Assembly (NCBI RefSeq): GCF_006345805.1
Contig: NC_043015.1
Location: forward strand, 24,614,001-24,678,000
Reading direction: 5' to 3'
DNA length: 64,000 bases
Source: Octopus sinensis
Taxonomy: Eukaryota
The notes under the pieces were generated by a model. That model did not search any database. It saw only the letters and a program-made list of their open reading frames with translations, and was not told where the DNA came from. A program made the position numbers and the translations under genes. Of the stretch, positions 25,105-39,855 are shown piece by piece. Positions within the stretch are counted from its first letter, which is position 1; each line of letters opens with the position of its first letter.

Positions 25105-26260
25105 ATCATCATCATTTAACGTCCATCTTCCATGTATAAGTAGAACAGTTGATAGGAGAGTAGGCCAGGTAGAAAAACTACCATAGGCTACTGTACATCA
25201 TCATTATCACCATAATCACCACCACCATCATCATCATCATCATCAGTTAACCTCTGTCTCCCATGCAGGTATCGGTTGGATGATTTGACAGGAGCTGATA
25301 AGTGAGAGGAATGCACCAAGCTCCATTGTTTGTTTCAGCATGGTTCTATTAGCTGGATGCCCTTCCCAATGCCAACCACTTCAGAGAGTGGGTTGCGGGG
25401 GAGGGGGGTGTTCTTTTGATGTGGCAGCAATGGGATTAGTGAGTAACTTGCAAGACAAAAGACACCTTAACTAAGAGAGGGAGTGGTATCAGGGAAGGTG
25501 GTGCTGTTGTAGGTGATGAGAGGTTACAGTATGACAGAGGGAAGGAAACCGGTGTCTTGCTGTAAAAAAGACACATGGTTACCCCAGTCAGAAGGGAAGA
25601 GAGCAGGAGTGAGAGAGAGCAAGAGTGAGAGAGATGATGGCAGTGTGCCAGGGCATACTCTCAAGGTCCACAAAAGTGAAAATAAATGGAAGGGTAGCAG
25701 GTTACCCACACAAGCATAACTAGAGTGTGTGCCACCCAGGGGGGGGGGCCCTTCCATTTGCTGTCACCAGACCCTAAAAACAAACACATATTGTCTACAA
25801 CAGACTCAAAGTGCTGCCCAGGATGGACCACCCCTATGCCCCTCCCAGCTGTGCTAATTCGAAAAGGTACAAAGGGGGAAGGTGAGAGAAGGGACTTCGA
25901 TGAGTGATGAAGCATGGGTGTGATAGGATAGCAATGGGGGAGGACAGGAGAGAGATAACAGACCAGTGTTGGGTTGCAGGAGGGGGAGAGAGAGACAAAC
26001 ATGGTGCATAAAGAAGGGATGTAGTTTGTTTCATTTGGGCACACTGTGTAGATTAACATTACATGTGGATGAAATAAACAGCACTTCCAGAACACAATTT
26101 TGTTGAGGTGGGCAGGATGTTTCATGAAACTCACACCACCGGACATCTAGGTTCATTGCCATTTCCACTTTGAGGTCCTACAACTTCAGATTAGCCGTCA
26201 CTACTTCATCATATGTCTTATTGGGTCTCTCTCTTACACAAGTGATATACATACATATAT
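25105..26260 (-). mobile_element. Decayed RTE-clade LINE 3' end with long CT-rich UTR
   Basis: Minus strand ITCVRERPNKTYDEVVTANLKL*DLKVEMAMNLD matches the RTE C-terminus at 11696-11880; terminal cassettes with (GAT)n at about 25240-25390 and 25105-25140. Confidence 0.65.
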
Positions 26261-26634
26261 ACATATAAAGAAAAAAACAAAAAATGGAACAAGAACGTAA
26301 CAGGTAACAACAAGACATCCGGACAGTTAGACAATACAAAAAAAGGACAGGAAAAAACAAGAACGGGTCATTCGGAGCTTCCCATCCTTAATTGAGTTCC
26401 TGATTATTTTCACAGTTTTAGGAGATTACAATCAAGATTGCTCCAATCTGGCCAGCCTCAAGAAAATCTAAGCTAAGAGCACTAGATTCCTTGGAAGAAA
26501 GCAAGCAAATATATATATATATATATATATCATCATCATCATCATTTAACGTCCGCTTTCCATGCTAGCATGGGTTGGACTATATATATGTATATGTGTG
26601 TATATATATATGTATATGTATATATATATGTATA

Positions 26635-26670
<36 letters not shown>

Positions 26671-26696
26671 CATAATTATACATACATATATATACA

Positions 26697-26728
<32 letters not shown>

Positions 26729-26749
26729 CCTACATATATATATACATAC

Positions 26750-26800
<51 letters not shown>

Positions 26801-26924
26801 CATATATATATACATATACAATATATATAATACACACACCACACACATATACATATATATATAATATATATATATATATGTATATATGTATATACAATAT
26901 ATATATATATATATAATATACATT

Positions 26925-26968
<44 letters not shown>

Positions 26969-26977
26969 TTATATATA

Positions 26978-27019
<42 letters not shown>

Positions 27020-27118
27020 TAAAGTACTGTTCCATGATAGAATATTCAGCAAAAAACATATTCCATCTGATGAGATATAAATATTATTTATTTTAAAGAC
27101 ACAATACAGATCTTTTAA

Positions 27119-27174
27119 GTGCTACTAATAGATTTCATATGATGAGAAATATCTCAAACATATTCATCAGGCAC
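27119..27174 (-). ncRNA. Type I hammerhead ribozyme motif (minimal, weak stem III)
   Basis: Minus strand: gtgc CTGATGA atatg[ttgaga tatt tctca]catat GAAA tctattag TA gcac. Stem I gtgc/gcac, stem II atatg/catat, GUA cleavage triplet. Confidence 0.55.
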
Positions 27175-27323
27175 AAACCACACACACACGCACATACACA
27201 CACATAAATATATATATATATACATATATAAAATTAAATAAGAGTAGAAATTGATATCAATCAATTAAAACCAGTGGCCGAGCATATTTAAAGAAATCCG
27301 AAGATTAAATATTTTTACATACA

Positions 27324-27611
27324 AAATTTAGAGGATTGACCACTGAAGGTGGACAGCCTGTATGCTGGTGTTTCATAAATGACAGACTATGCGGATGATC
27401 TTGCAGATGTTTTTGTATTCATATACGTAAATTATTAACAAGTGATACTAATTAGTACATAGGTAATCGTTTTTTATTTTGTATATTTTCATTTGTCTTG
27501 CTTATTTTTACACTTTGGTTGTTTACTGAATTTTTTCTTGAGAATACATTCTCCATGGAAAATGGCGATTTTGACATCTATATCTAGCATAGTGGTCAAT
27601 CCTCTAAATTT
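27324..27611. repeat. AT-rich element bounded by a perfect 21-bp inverted repeat
   Basis: aaatttagaggattgaccact (27324-27344) and agtggtcaatcctctaaattt (27591-27611). Confidence 0.75.
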
Positions 27612-27808
27612 ATATATATATATATATATTATATATATATATAAGTTAATATAATATATAATTCATTTAATTTTTAAAAAATTCCATGTGGCTGATGAGT
27701 GCTCTAAATTTTAAAACTGATGTAATACTTACATTGTTTAATTAAATGAAGTAGCATGAAGCGATTGTACCACACTAACTTTGGATATCTTTGTTGCTTA
27801 TTTTGATA

Positions 27809-27871
<63 letters not shown>

Positions 27872-27874
27872 GAT

Positions 27875-27905
<31 letters not shown>

Positions 27906-27978
27906 CAGACACACAAACAAATGAAATAAGTAGATATATTTTAGGGCCAGGGAATATGAATTATTTCTTTTTTCTTTG

Positions 27979-28015
<37 letters not shown>

Positions 28016-28049
28016 TATATAGAAGATATATATATACGCATGTGTGTGT

Positions 28050-28325
28050 GTGTATGCTACATAAATGTGCCCATGCTGTGCTGCATAAAAGTGCCCATGT
28101 AGTGCCACACAAAAGCACCTGTGCAGTGCTATGTCAAATAATACAGCCCACTCTGTAAAGTGGTTGGTGCTAGGAAGGGCATTCAGCAGTAGAGACAATG
28201 CCAAATCAGAGTACAGTCTGGAAGAGCTCCCCAGCTTGCCAGCTCTGGTCAAACTGTCCAACCCATTCCAGTATGGACAATGGACGTTAAATGATGCTGC
28301 TGCTGCTGCTGCTGATGATGATGAT
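28050..28325 (+). mobile_element. RTE terminal cassette
   Basis: taggaagggcattcagcagtagagac...ggacgttaaatgatgctgctg. Confidence 0.75.
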
Positions 28326-28909
28326 TGTATACCATGCATTTCCTGAGCGTTAGTCTCCATATCTCTATCATTTAATGTATGTGTCTATGTGTGTGCATGT
28401 ATATATGTGTTTATGCCTCTAAAACACATGGCTCGATTACATATGTGTGAATGAATGCGCATGTATTTGTTTTGTTGCAATTACCCTAGAATATACTGTC
28501 CATTATTTTTTTCTATAATTAAAGCAGAAAATAATAAAAACAAAAAACAAAAACATATTACAAAGCCAGCATTGTCACCAAAGGAGAAAAATCATTTCCA
28601 CAAAGAAGGGCGAGCAGTGAATATTTATGGCAATACTAATATGCCATTTTAAAATAAACAAACACATGTATATATATATATATATACATGCATGTATACA
28701 TAGTCATCAATGGTACATGTGTGTGAACTATACACACACACACATACATACACACACAGTACATAATATTTACCGCATGTCACAAGCTAATAAGTGAATT
28801 GGTAAATAGTTTTATGACCATTGACAATATGGTATCTTTCTTTCATTTCCTGGGGTTATGTATATAATACACACACACACACACATATATATATATGTAT
28901 ATATATATA

Positions 28910-28951
<42 letters not shown>

Positions 28952-29110
28952 AATAAACTACAGGTGAGAGAAAAGTAGCCAAAGAAAATATAGTTTATTT
29001 TATGCCTTACTTAACTTATTAGATGTCTACTATTGATTTTGAAAATCTCCAGGGGACATTTTGTTTTATGTTTCATTGTTACTGTTTCTTTCTCTGCATT
29101 GTAAAAATAT

Positions 29111-29152
<42 letters not shown>

Positions 29153-29550
29153 CGAAATTTTTCAATCATATGTACACACTGACACACATACAGGCATATA
29201 TACACATATATAAATATATATACATATACAGATATATTCATATATACACAAAGACATATAAATGTATTTCTGTAGGTGTATGTGTATACAAAGGAAATTC
29301 ATAAATGCATATGCAATTATCTGTATGTATACATATACGTGTGTATTTGTGTGTGTTTGTATGATATATATATATATATATATATATACGATCACATACA
29401 TATATATACACATACACATATATAGACATATTTATATATATGCATACATATTTATATATACATATGTATGTGTATATACATATGTATATATATTATATAT
29501 ATAATATATATATACATATACATGCTCATACATACATACATACACATACT

Positions 29551-29603
<53 letters not shown>

Positions 29604-29606
29604 ATC

Positions 29607-29671
<65 letters not shown>

Positions 29672-30367
29672 CATATACATATATACATACATATAATATA
29701 TACATACATATACACTCACGCATACCTACACATATGCACATATCCTGGCAACTTCCAAGAAACCCACTAGAACAGATCTTTGAACATCTTTCCATGGCTA
29801 AAACATTTCTAAAATGGTCAATTTGTGATAGACTCTAAATGATATAGAATTTAACACATCAATAAATGGTACTGGCTCTTAGAACTCTTAATAATGCCAC
29901 TAAACATTTTTACTATTTCTTTTTTTCATGTTTTACTTGGTCTATTAGTTTAAGACATTCTTACAACTTCTTCATAGAATATTCACACTGAAGATAATGA
30001 TTTTGGAGGAAAAAACCCCAAGATCTTAATCCTTTAAGCATGATATATTAGATGAAAGAGCTTCAGTAAAGTCTGATATCTTTTGCTTCTTCATTTATCA
30101 CAGCGTTGTTTTATGCATAATAGGATTGCTAACTTTGGAATAATTCAGTAATAAATTTAATGCTAAAGAAAGCCATTGGATATACATATTATTTGTTATT
30201 GAAACCCCAAAAAATAAACTATCATACTCATTCACTTTTTCACTCACATGCTTGTGCATCTAAACACACACACACACAAACACGTGTCCATGAATATATA
30301 TAATTATACACATATGTATATATATATATGTATATGTATATACATACATATATGTATTTGTGCATTA

Positions 30368-30438
<71 letters not shown>

Positions 30439-30564
30439 ATATATATATATCTAAACACACACACACACATTTATATAGGTCGTTTTTCTTTGTATGTCTG
30501 AAGAATCACATGATTCAGCCTATAAATATTGTGCTTGTATATATATCATACTTTCATTCTCTAT

Positions 30565-30611
<47 letters not shown>

Positions 30612-31222
30612 TATATATATATGCATATTGCTGAATGTAAGTATATATTTGCATATATTTATACACACACGCACATATGCACACAGACACACACACACAC
30701 ACACACACATACACACACACACTGACAATGATACAATCACATTCTATATATCTTGTGCATTACCTCACATGCTTATTACAAAAATAAATAAATAAATCTG
30801 AGAGAAGAATGAGTATCTCTCTTATTAAAATTACAAAAAAATATGATGATAATAATGATAATAATTTGCTGATGTGTATGAAAGACGTACGTGCAATCAT
30901 GTATGAGTGTATACAAGCATTATATACTAAAATATATGAATAAATTCCTTTTTACTTCAAGTACAATTTACCAAAAGAAACACCTAAAAAGAAAATGTAT
31001 ATATTTACATAGGTATTGAATATAACAAGAGAATGAATGTAACAAACATTTTCTATGGTTGCACAGAAGAAACCAAATTATAAATTTAAACTTAGAAAAA
31101 CAAAATGAAACATGAAAATAAAAAAATAATAATAAAGCACACGTATTTTTGCATTTGAAAGCATGCATATAACTGTCTATACATTTTCTCAGGAAGATTT
31201 ATAGTTTATATGCATATCAATA

Positions 31223-31281
<59 letters not shown>

Positions 31282-32083
31282 ACACATGAAGAAAAATAGA
31301 ATCCTTTCAGCATAACTTAATGTATTATATTGCATTCTGCAGAAAATTCTTTTCAATCGTAATCTAAGAAAAATACAATATTTTTGAAGAACTGTTTTGA
31401 AATAATATAATAATTTTTTACAATTTTACAATACGGTGTATTTTTTTCGAAGTGCTTTGGACGTGTGGCTGCCGCATCTATTACTAAGCATGTGATACAA
31501 ATATGCAAATATGAATGGTGTAAGCATTCTACCTCCACAAAAATTGTTAAGGTTCCTGCTGAAATTGATCTCATAATTTGAAACAGTTTGATATTTTGAA
31601 TTGGAATATACCTTAAAGAACATGTAGAAGGGAATGGGAATAAAAATGGAACGTTGTTTCCAAAGATACTCTAAAACAAATGCAGAGCATTAGAATTATT
31701 TCATATTCAGTCTAAAATGCTCTGAAACATTTCCAGTAATGGTAAGTAATCACACTTATACACATATATGTGTGTATGGGATGGTATGTATGTATGTGTG
31801 TGTATGGGATGCTGTGTATGTGTGTGTGCAGGAAGGTATAAATATAGCACACACTCATACACAGTGGAATTCCTTCAGTTTCCATCTAAAAAATCCACTC
31901 ACAAACCTGTGATTAACCTCAGACTATAGTAGAGATACATGTGCCATGCAGTGGGACTGAACACAAAACCACATGGTTGGGAACTTGACTTTGTTAAGCA
32001 CATTGAGCCTTTAAAAGGCCAACCAAGCACTATGCATATATATATGTGCATATATGTGTATAGGTATGTACATGTATTGATAT

Positions 32084-32417
32084 GTATATGAGACCCCCTC
32101 CTTCGGTCATGACTGACTGTGGGATTGCACCTAGAAAGTTAGCACCCAGGCACAAGTCCAGACAAGGTTGTTTATGCAGTTGCCCATGCATACCGGCCTC
32201 CCCTCTCCATGCCACTGATGTTATCCAAGGGAACGGCAACAGTAGATACAGCTTGGCACCTGTGACGTTGCAACTCATTTCTACAGCGGAGTGAACTGGA
32301 ATAATGTGAAATAAAGTGTCTTGCTCAAAACACAACACGCAGCCCGGTCCGGGATTCAAACTCACTACCTCATGATCGTAAGCTTGACACTCTAACCACT
32401 GAGCCATGCGCTGTCAC
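32084..32417 (-). mobile_element. tRNA-derived SINE (third family) with 14-bp TSD
   Basis: Minus-strand head cgcatggctcagtggttagagtg...gtttgaatcccgg (A and B boxes); acatgtattgatat is duplicated at 32070-32083 and 32418-32431. Confidence 0.88.
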
Positions 32418-32625
32418 ACATGTATTGATATATATATATATATATATATATATGGTTGAAATTTACAGAAAAACAAAAGATGAAGGCAGGTGTATAAACA
32501 ACAAGCAGTTGTAATAGTTTGACGCTCAGGAAATTGACAAAGTCCTTTATGTTTCGAGCCTATGCTCTTCAACAGAGAGGAATATGATGAAATAAAGAGA
32601 GAGAGAATAAAAGGAGAAATTTATT

Positions 32626-32662
<37 letters not shown>

Positions 32663-32729
32663 ATATATACTATATATATATATATAAAATACAAAATGGG
32701 ACAAGAATGCAAAACATTCAGACAGTTAG

Positions 32730-32786
<57 letters not shown>

Positions 32787-33469
32787 TGTATTTTTAAAAA
32801 GTCATTAGAATAAATCTTGATACAGCCAAATTACTGAAGAAAAGTTTCCTCAAATGAAAAATTATTAATTATATAAAAAGAAAACAAAAAAAAATTAGAT
32901 AAAACAGTCTTAAACAATTCTTTTGGAAAGAAGTGTACATAATGTGTGAGTGTTTTCACTGTTTATAGCTTTTAAAATGCATGTTATAGAGTGATTAGTA
33001 TAGAGGAAGATGCTTTTAGTAACAACTAAAAAAGAACTTATACAATATGAACACTTTTTCATAAATACTTGTTATTCTGTTCACTCTAAAATTTTTATAA
33101 GTTTTCTAATTTTTCATTTAAGAAAATATTTTGTAATATATAAGTGTGATATATGTCTCATGATCATCATTATTACCATTTAACGACCGTTTTCCATGCT
33201 GTCATGGATTGAACATTCTAACAGGAGCTAGCAAAGTTAGGAAAAGCACCATATTTCATTGTTTTGTCTTGGCTTTTACAGTTGGATGCACTTTCTAACA
33301 CCATCTCTTTTTCAGAGGGTACTGCATGTTTTGTATGTGTCACCAGCAATAGTGCTTTTCATGTGGCACCATATATATATATATATAAAACATCTTTTTC
33401 TAATCATGCATATAGATATACATATATATATCATTTTTAGAAAACTCTGAGAAGTAGAGCCGTCTATGT

Positions 33470-33704
33470 TTTTACTGGAGAAAGCCAGTGTATGGGGTTA
33501 CTCTAGGTTTCCCATTCATCAAAGGTTTAACTTTATGGTGTATCATCAGATCCCATGTTTACATTTGGAACAAAGCTTTTCCCTTCCATATTTTAAAGAG
33601 GTATTAGGCCTTCAGGTCTTGGGATCTGACAATACACCATAAAGTTAAACCTTTTATGGATGGGAAACCCAGGGTTACTCCACAAACCAACGTTCATCAG
33701 TAAA
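33470..33704. mobile_element. Foldback/MITE-like element with long inverted arms
   Basis: 33494-33555 (ggggttactctaggtttccc...atcagatccca) pairs with 33620-33681; weaker pairing extends to the tttactg / cagtaaa ends. Confidence 0.8.
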
Positions 33705-33730
33705 TATACATACATACATAATATATATAT

Positions 33731-33774
<44 letters not shown>

Positions 33775-33776
<2 letters not shown>

Positions 33777-34185
33777 CGCGGGAGTGGCTGTGTGGTAAGT
33801 AGCTTGCTAACCAACCACATGGTTCCGGGTTCAGTCCCACTGCGTGGCATCTTGGGCAAGTGTCTTCTGCTATAACCTCGGGCCGACCAAAGCCTTGTGA
33901 GTAGATTTGGTAGACGGAAACTGAAAGAAGCCTGTCGTATATATGTGTATATATATATGTGTGTGTGTGTGTTTGTGTGTCTGTGTTTGTCCCCCTAGCA
34001 TTGCTTGACAACTGATGCTGGTGTGGTTACGTCCCCGTAACTTAGCGGTTCGGCAAAAGAGACCGATAGGATAAGTACCGGGCTTACAAAGAATAAGTCC
34101 CGGTGTCGATTTGCTCGACTAAAGGCGGTGCTCCAGCATGGCCGCAGTCAAATGACTGAAACAAGCAAAAGAGCAAAAGAGCAAA

Positions 34186-34187
<2 letters not shown>
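33775..34187 (+). mobile_element. tRNA-headed SINE family A, young full-length copy
   Basis: A box tggctgtgtgg (33785-33795), B box ggttcagtccc (33828-33838), CORE-like ttgggcaagtg, internal (TG)n linker and tandem gcaaaaga tail. Other copies at about 31855-31985, 36480-36640, 36950-37070, 41400-41705 and 58500-58900 (minus). Confidence 0.92.
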
Positions 34188-34223
<36 letters not shown>

Positions 34224-34254
34224 TATATATAATAATATAATAATAATAATAATG

Positions 34255-34290
<36 letters not shown>

Positions 34291-34911
34291 TTAAGGAATA
34301 AATTATTATTTCAACATTACAGGTAAAATTCAGTATAATAATATTAGACCGAATTTCATAATATATAATATATAATATATGTATATAACTAATTTAGAGA
34401 TGAACCACCATTTCACAACTCAATCAATTAAGAACCCATCCAAAACCATGCTGTGAGACATATACCATGCGAAATACTAATCAAAAATTTTAATAATATA
34501 TAATATTGAACAGTAAGATTATTACAATCATATAATATATAAGAGCAAATACTTTTAGAATCACAGTGAATATCATACAAAGAAAACATTCAACATAAAA
34601 ATATTAATCTAAAATTAAATAAGGTATAAATTGCACAATGAAAATAATTAATACAATAATATAATGTATAAAAGTAAGTACTTGTACATTGACTACGTGC
34701 ATTTCATTGCTGAAATAGGACTATATAAAATCATATAACAAACCATATCCTAGTTCATTAGAACATTCTACATATATATATATATAATATATATATACAC
34801 ATACTTACATAATACATACATATATGTATATTTGTATATATATATATACACACATACATATATATATAGACACACAGATACATACATATATATATATATG
34901 TGTGTGTGTAT

Positions 34912-34957
<46 letters not shown>

Positions 34958-34987
34958 GCATACATATATATACATACACACACACAC

Positions 34988-35037
<50 letters not shown>

Positions 35038-35495
35038 ATGTATTGCTGCTGAATGAGTGTTTTTCTTTTTATAATGATATAATGTACTAATTGATTAATT
35101 AAAAAATTTGTCCAAAATGCCTGTAGTGAATTGACCCTTATCCATCAACTGATACTTATTTATAATTCACCTCTCTTAAAACCTGCCCCTCGTGTGTCGT
35201 ACAGTTATTAGGGACTGTATATTTAATAAAATGTTTCTGCATAGCTCAAGGGTTGATGATATACTCAGTTGCGTTCAATTAATTGCATTACGCAACCTGA
35301 GTACCCTTCTACCTGTACTTCTGTACTGAAGCTGGCATTCAGCTATAATTACTGTGTATGCCTTTTATTCTTACCTAACCCATTACCTTACCTTTAACCA
35401 CCCTATTCAACTGAGTCTTGGCATATAAACATAAAATATGTATATATACACACATGCTATATATATTTATCTATCTCCGTATACATACACACAGT

Positions 35496-35557
<62 letters not shown>

Positions 35558-38010
35558 CACAAATAATTAGATTAAAGTAAAGTTACTTTTTGGTTCTAAA
35601 CTTCCGCTAAAAATGATAAAATGATATTTTAGTAATTGCAGTCTAGCAAGTAAGTCTCCAAGAGTAAATTATTGTTTTAACCAGAGAAACACTTGATGGA
35701 AAATGCACAAAGAAAAAAAATCAATGAAACCAACACATCATAAGAAGGAAAATCACAAAAATCATTTCTTTCTTTTATTATTTTTTTTTAACCATAACGA
35801 GAATTAATATCTCATATCATAGTGGCCCAGTTGTTGCATTTGAGACTTCACCACTTCACACTACAGCACACATACATGTAGAGTATCTCATATGAATACA
35901 CACATGGAGAGACAATCTTGTAAAGGTGTACACAAAATGCACACCCTATTTTGGCCCAGAGCTTCTGTGATTGTTCCTGTTCAACCAATGTCTTTTCGCT
36001 GGTTGATCTATGAACAATTTCAAGTTTGGCTTTGTACCAGTACTATGCCCTAGGCAATCACTTTTGCCACTAAAATCTAGGAACAACATATAAATTCATA
36101 TACATATATAAATACATACATACTTACTAATTCATATACCTGCATACATACACATATAAATTCATATAGATATACACATATATAAAATATATCATCTTTG
36201 TCGTCATCTTTTAATGCTCACTTTTCCATGCTTCTCATGGGTTGAAAAGAGTTTATTTAAAGCAGATTTTCTAGAGTAGTGTACCTGTTCTCTCCCCACC
36301 ATCACCTGTTCCCATTCGAGGTAATATTTTCCCTAGGTTCTCAATAGGTATTGAAAAAGAATGCATGACCCTGCTTCTACAACAGTAACAATTATATACG
36401 ACTCTCAGCTGATGTCAAGACAAGGAAACACAGGCACTCACACACACATGTATATATACATATATATACACACACACACGAGGGGCTTCCTTCACTTTCC
36501 TTCTGAATCCACACATGAGGCTAAGGTTCACCTGGACTACAGTAGAAGACACTTGGCCAATATGCCATGCAGCAGGATTGAACTTGCAACTATGTGATTG
36601 GTAAGCAAACTTCTTGCTACACAGCCACACCTGCATTGATGTGTGCATGCTTGTGTGCATGTGATCATGATTTCAATGTCTTCTTTTCTATGACTGCATG
36701 GATGAGACAAGAATTTTGTAGGATTGGATGCTTTTCTTGACAGCACCCATTAGCCTGTTTTCAAACAAGGCAAAGATCTATCAAGCTACAACCTGAACAT
36801 GTATACATGAAGAACTGGAAACAAATGACACTGTACAAATGAGCCTTTTGTTCACAGCCAACATAAACACATGAACATTCATGCATAAAGAAACTCATAA
36901 AAATACATATGCACATACATACGATAGGTTCCTTACAGATCCAATCAAGCAAACCACCCACAAGGCTTTGGTTGGCTTAAAAATATAACAGGTGACACTT
37001 GCCCAAGGTGTGACCTAGTTGGACTGAGCAGGACTGAACATAGAGCCATGTGGCTGGAAAGAAAGCAACGTAATGTGTGTGTGTGTGTACTATAATCATT
37101 TCACTATCATTTAACATTCATTTTCTATCCTGTCGTGGGTTGGATGGTTAAACAGGAGCTTGCAAGCTAAAGGACTGCACCAAGCTCTATTCTTTGGCCT
37201 GCTTTCTACAGTTTACATTTCCCTACTAAAATACTATTAAACCAAATTTTCTTCCTGTCTCCATTTACTCATCGTGCTTCTTATTTAATAACTACAAACT
37301 TGTATTTTCTTTTTCTTTTGTGTTTCTTGTTTTGTTTTGCCATTCCTTTTCTTCTCTTCATCTTGACAATGAGCAACTCTCTGAAATGTCAGTAAATCTT
37401 CTTACACTTTTCTGCTCAATATCTTGCATTGGCTGTCCTGTTCGTTGGATTAAAATATTTGTTTGGTTCACAATACAACCTGAATAAATATATTAACCAT
37501 GATGATGCCAACGAAACTCAGATTATGCTGATACCAGATTAGTATTAAAAACGATTTTTTTTAAAAATAGTAAACAACAAACAAACAAATCTATTCTGTT
37601 GCTTTTTGTTTAGTGAATGGGAGCTAATTGCATTTCAATTAGAAACTAACGAAGAATTACCAGACATTGGACAGTGCATTCTTGCAGATACACTTCACCC
37701 TGTAACACACACAAGGCCTGTCTGCCTACGTTCTGTCTACTATAAAGGCCTCTCTTCATTTGGAACATTATAGCTGCATTCAGACCTATTCACACAGCTT
37801 CTGCTGCCTTCCACCATCCAAACTCTCTCTCTCACACACACATACACACACATATACACATGGATAATTTTTGATATTTCTTTTGGGTCTTTATCTTCTT
37901 TGTTCAAACTCTACCAAGCTCAGTCTCTTGGGTCAATGACATCCACTGGCTTCCATTCCAAAACTTTCACTCCTTGTGCCTGCAGCAGTAAAGATGGTAA
38001 TACTTATTAC

Positions 38011-38230
38011 TAAGACAATGAGCTGGCAGAACTGTTATTGTGCTGGACAAAATATTCACCAGCACCTTTTTGACTCTATTCTCTGAGTTCAAATGTTACA
38101 AAGGTTAACTTTGCCTTACATCAAGTTTGGTAAAATAAACACCAGGAAAGCATTGGGGTCCACATATTTGACTTCTCCCAAGTGCTGGCCTTGTGCCAAA
38201 ATTAGAATGCCTTACAATCATTATTACTTC
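38011..38230 (+). mobile_element. SINE family C
   Basis: Head taagacaatgagctggcaga, ctgagttcaaat B-box-like motif, tail ggccttgtgcc...cattatt. Confidence 0.75.
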
Positions 38231-38858
38231 CACATAAGCGAAGGCAGATGTATTGTTTGTCTGTGGATAAGTTCTTGAATTCAACCATCAAGAACTGTTT
38301 GATGGATTTGGATGAAACTTTCACAGATGTTTGGCCTTATGACTGGCACAGTATCATTAGATTTTGGGATCGATCCAGTACCAGACATGGACTCTGGATT
38401 ATTTTTTATATTTTCTTTACTTTACATGTATATATAAAGTTTCACATAATTCTCTTGTACATGCACACACACACACACATAATATCAGTTTTGAATATCA
38501 CCATCCCATTTCCATTGTGTACACACACACACGCATGCAAACATACCTCTCTTTTACACACAAATATACTCACACTTCAAATACCGTTTAGCAGCTTTTT
38601 CACTCCTTCCTTCATTATTCATCTACCACCTCATCCTTTCTCATTCATATGATACTCTCTTTGCCACTTCATTTCATCTTTCTTATTGTCATTACTTTCT
38701 CTTACTCCCTCTCAGTCATGGCTATTACTCTCACCACTTGTCTTTCTCTGTATTAGTTTTTCATCTCCTCTCTCTTCACCTCTCACTCAATATATATATA
38801 TATTTGGATTATTTGCCAAGGGTGTAAACCTTTTGTAACAGATTTACTCAGTACTCTA

Positions 38859-39530
<672 letters not shown>

Positions 39531-39547
39531 ATTTATTATCATTATTA

Positions 39548-39602
<55 letters not shown>

Positions 39603-39603
<1 letters not shown>

Positions 39604-39850
39604 TATTGTCTTTGCACAGCTTCTAACAGTGAAGATGTACTATCGTGCCAGCTGTTCACTACCAGTGAACTAAGGAAACACCCCTAATTTTTCGAGTACC
39701 ACCTTGAGTTCAAAGCAGTGCTGTTTTCTGCAATTATTCCACCCTTATTGCAGCCCCTATTTGTTTCATGTACTTCTCAAGATTTTACTCACTTTTTCCA
39801 GGTCTCCAACAGTTATTGGTACTACTACCACCTTTTTCAACAACGACACC
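39603..39850 (-). mobile_element. 3' terminal fragment of an R4/Dong-like LINE
   Basis: Minus strand VVVVPITVGDLEKVSK / NLEKYMKQIGAAIRVE*LQKTALL, then a UTR running into (AAT)n. Confidence 0.75.
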
Positions 39851-39855
39851 ATTAT

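Noticed and set aside
27067-27110. Plus-strand ctgatga at 27067
   Set aside because: No downstream GAAA or stem I partner.
33775-33850. tRNA gene-like A and B boxes (also at 32340-32411 and 40290-40370)
   Set aside because: No acceptor stem or complete cloverleaf, and each continues into a SINE body; these are SINE heads, not tRNA genes.
37890-37990. Minus-strand VKVLEWKP resembling the Tc1 LEWP motif
   Set aside because: The diagnostic SPDLNPIE motif is absent and there are no TIRs.
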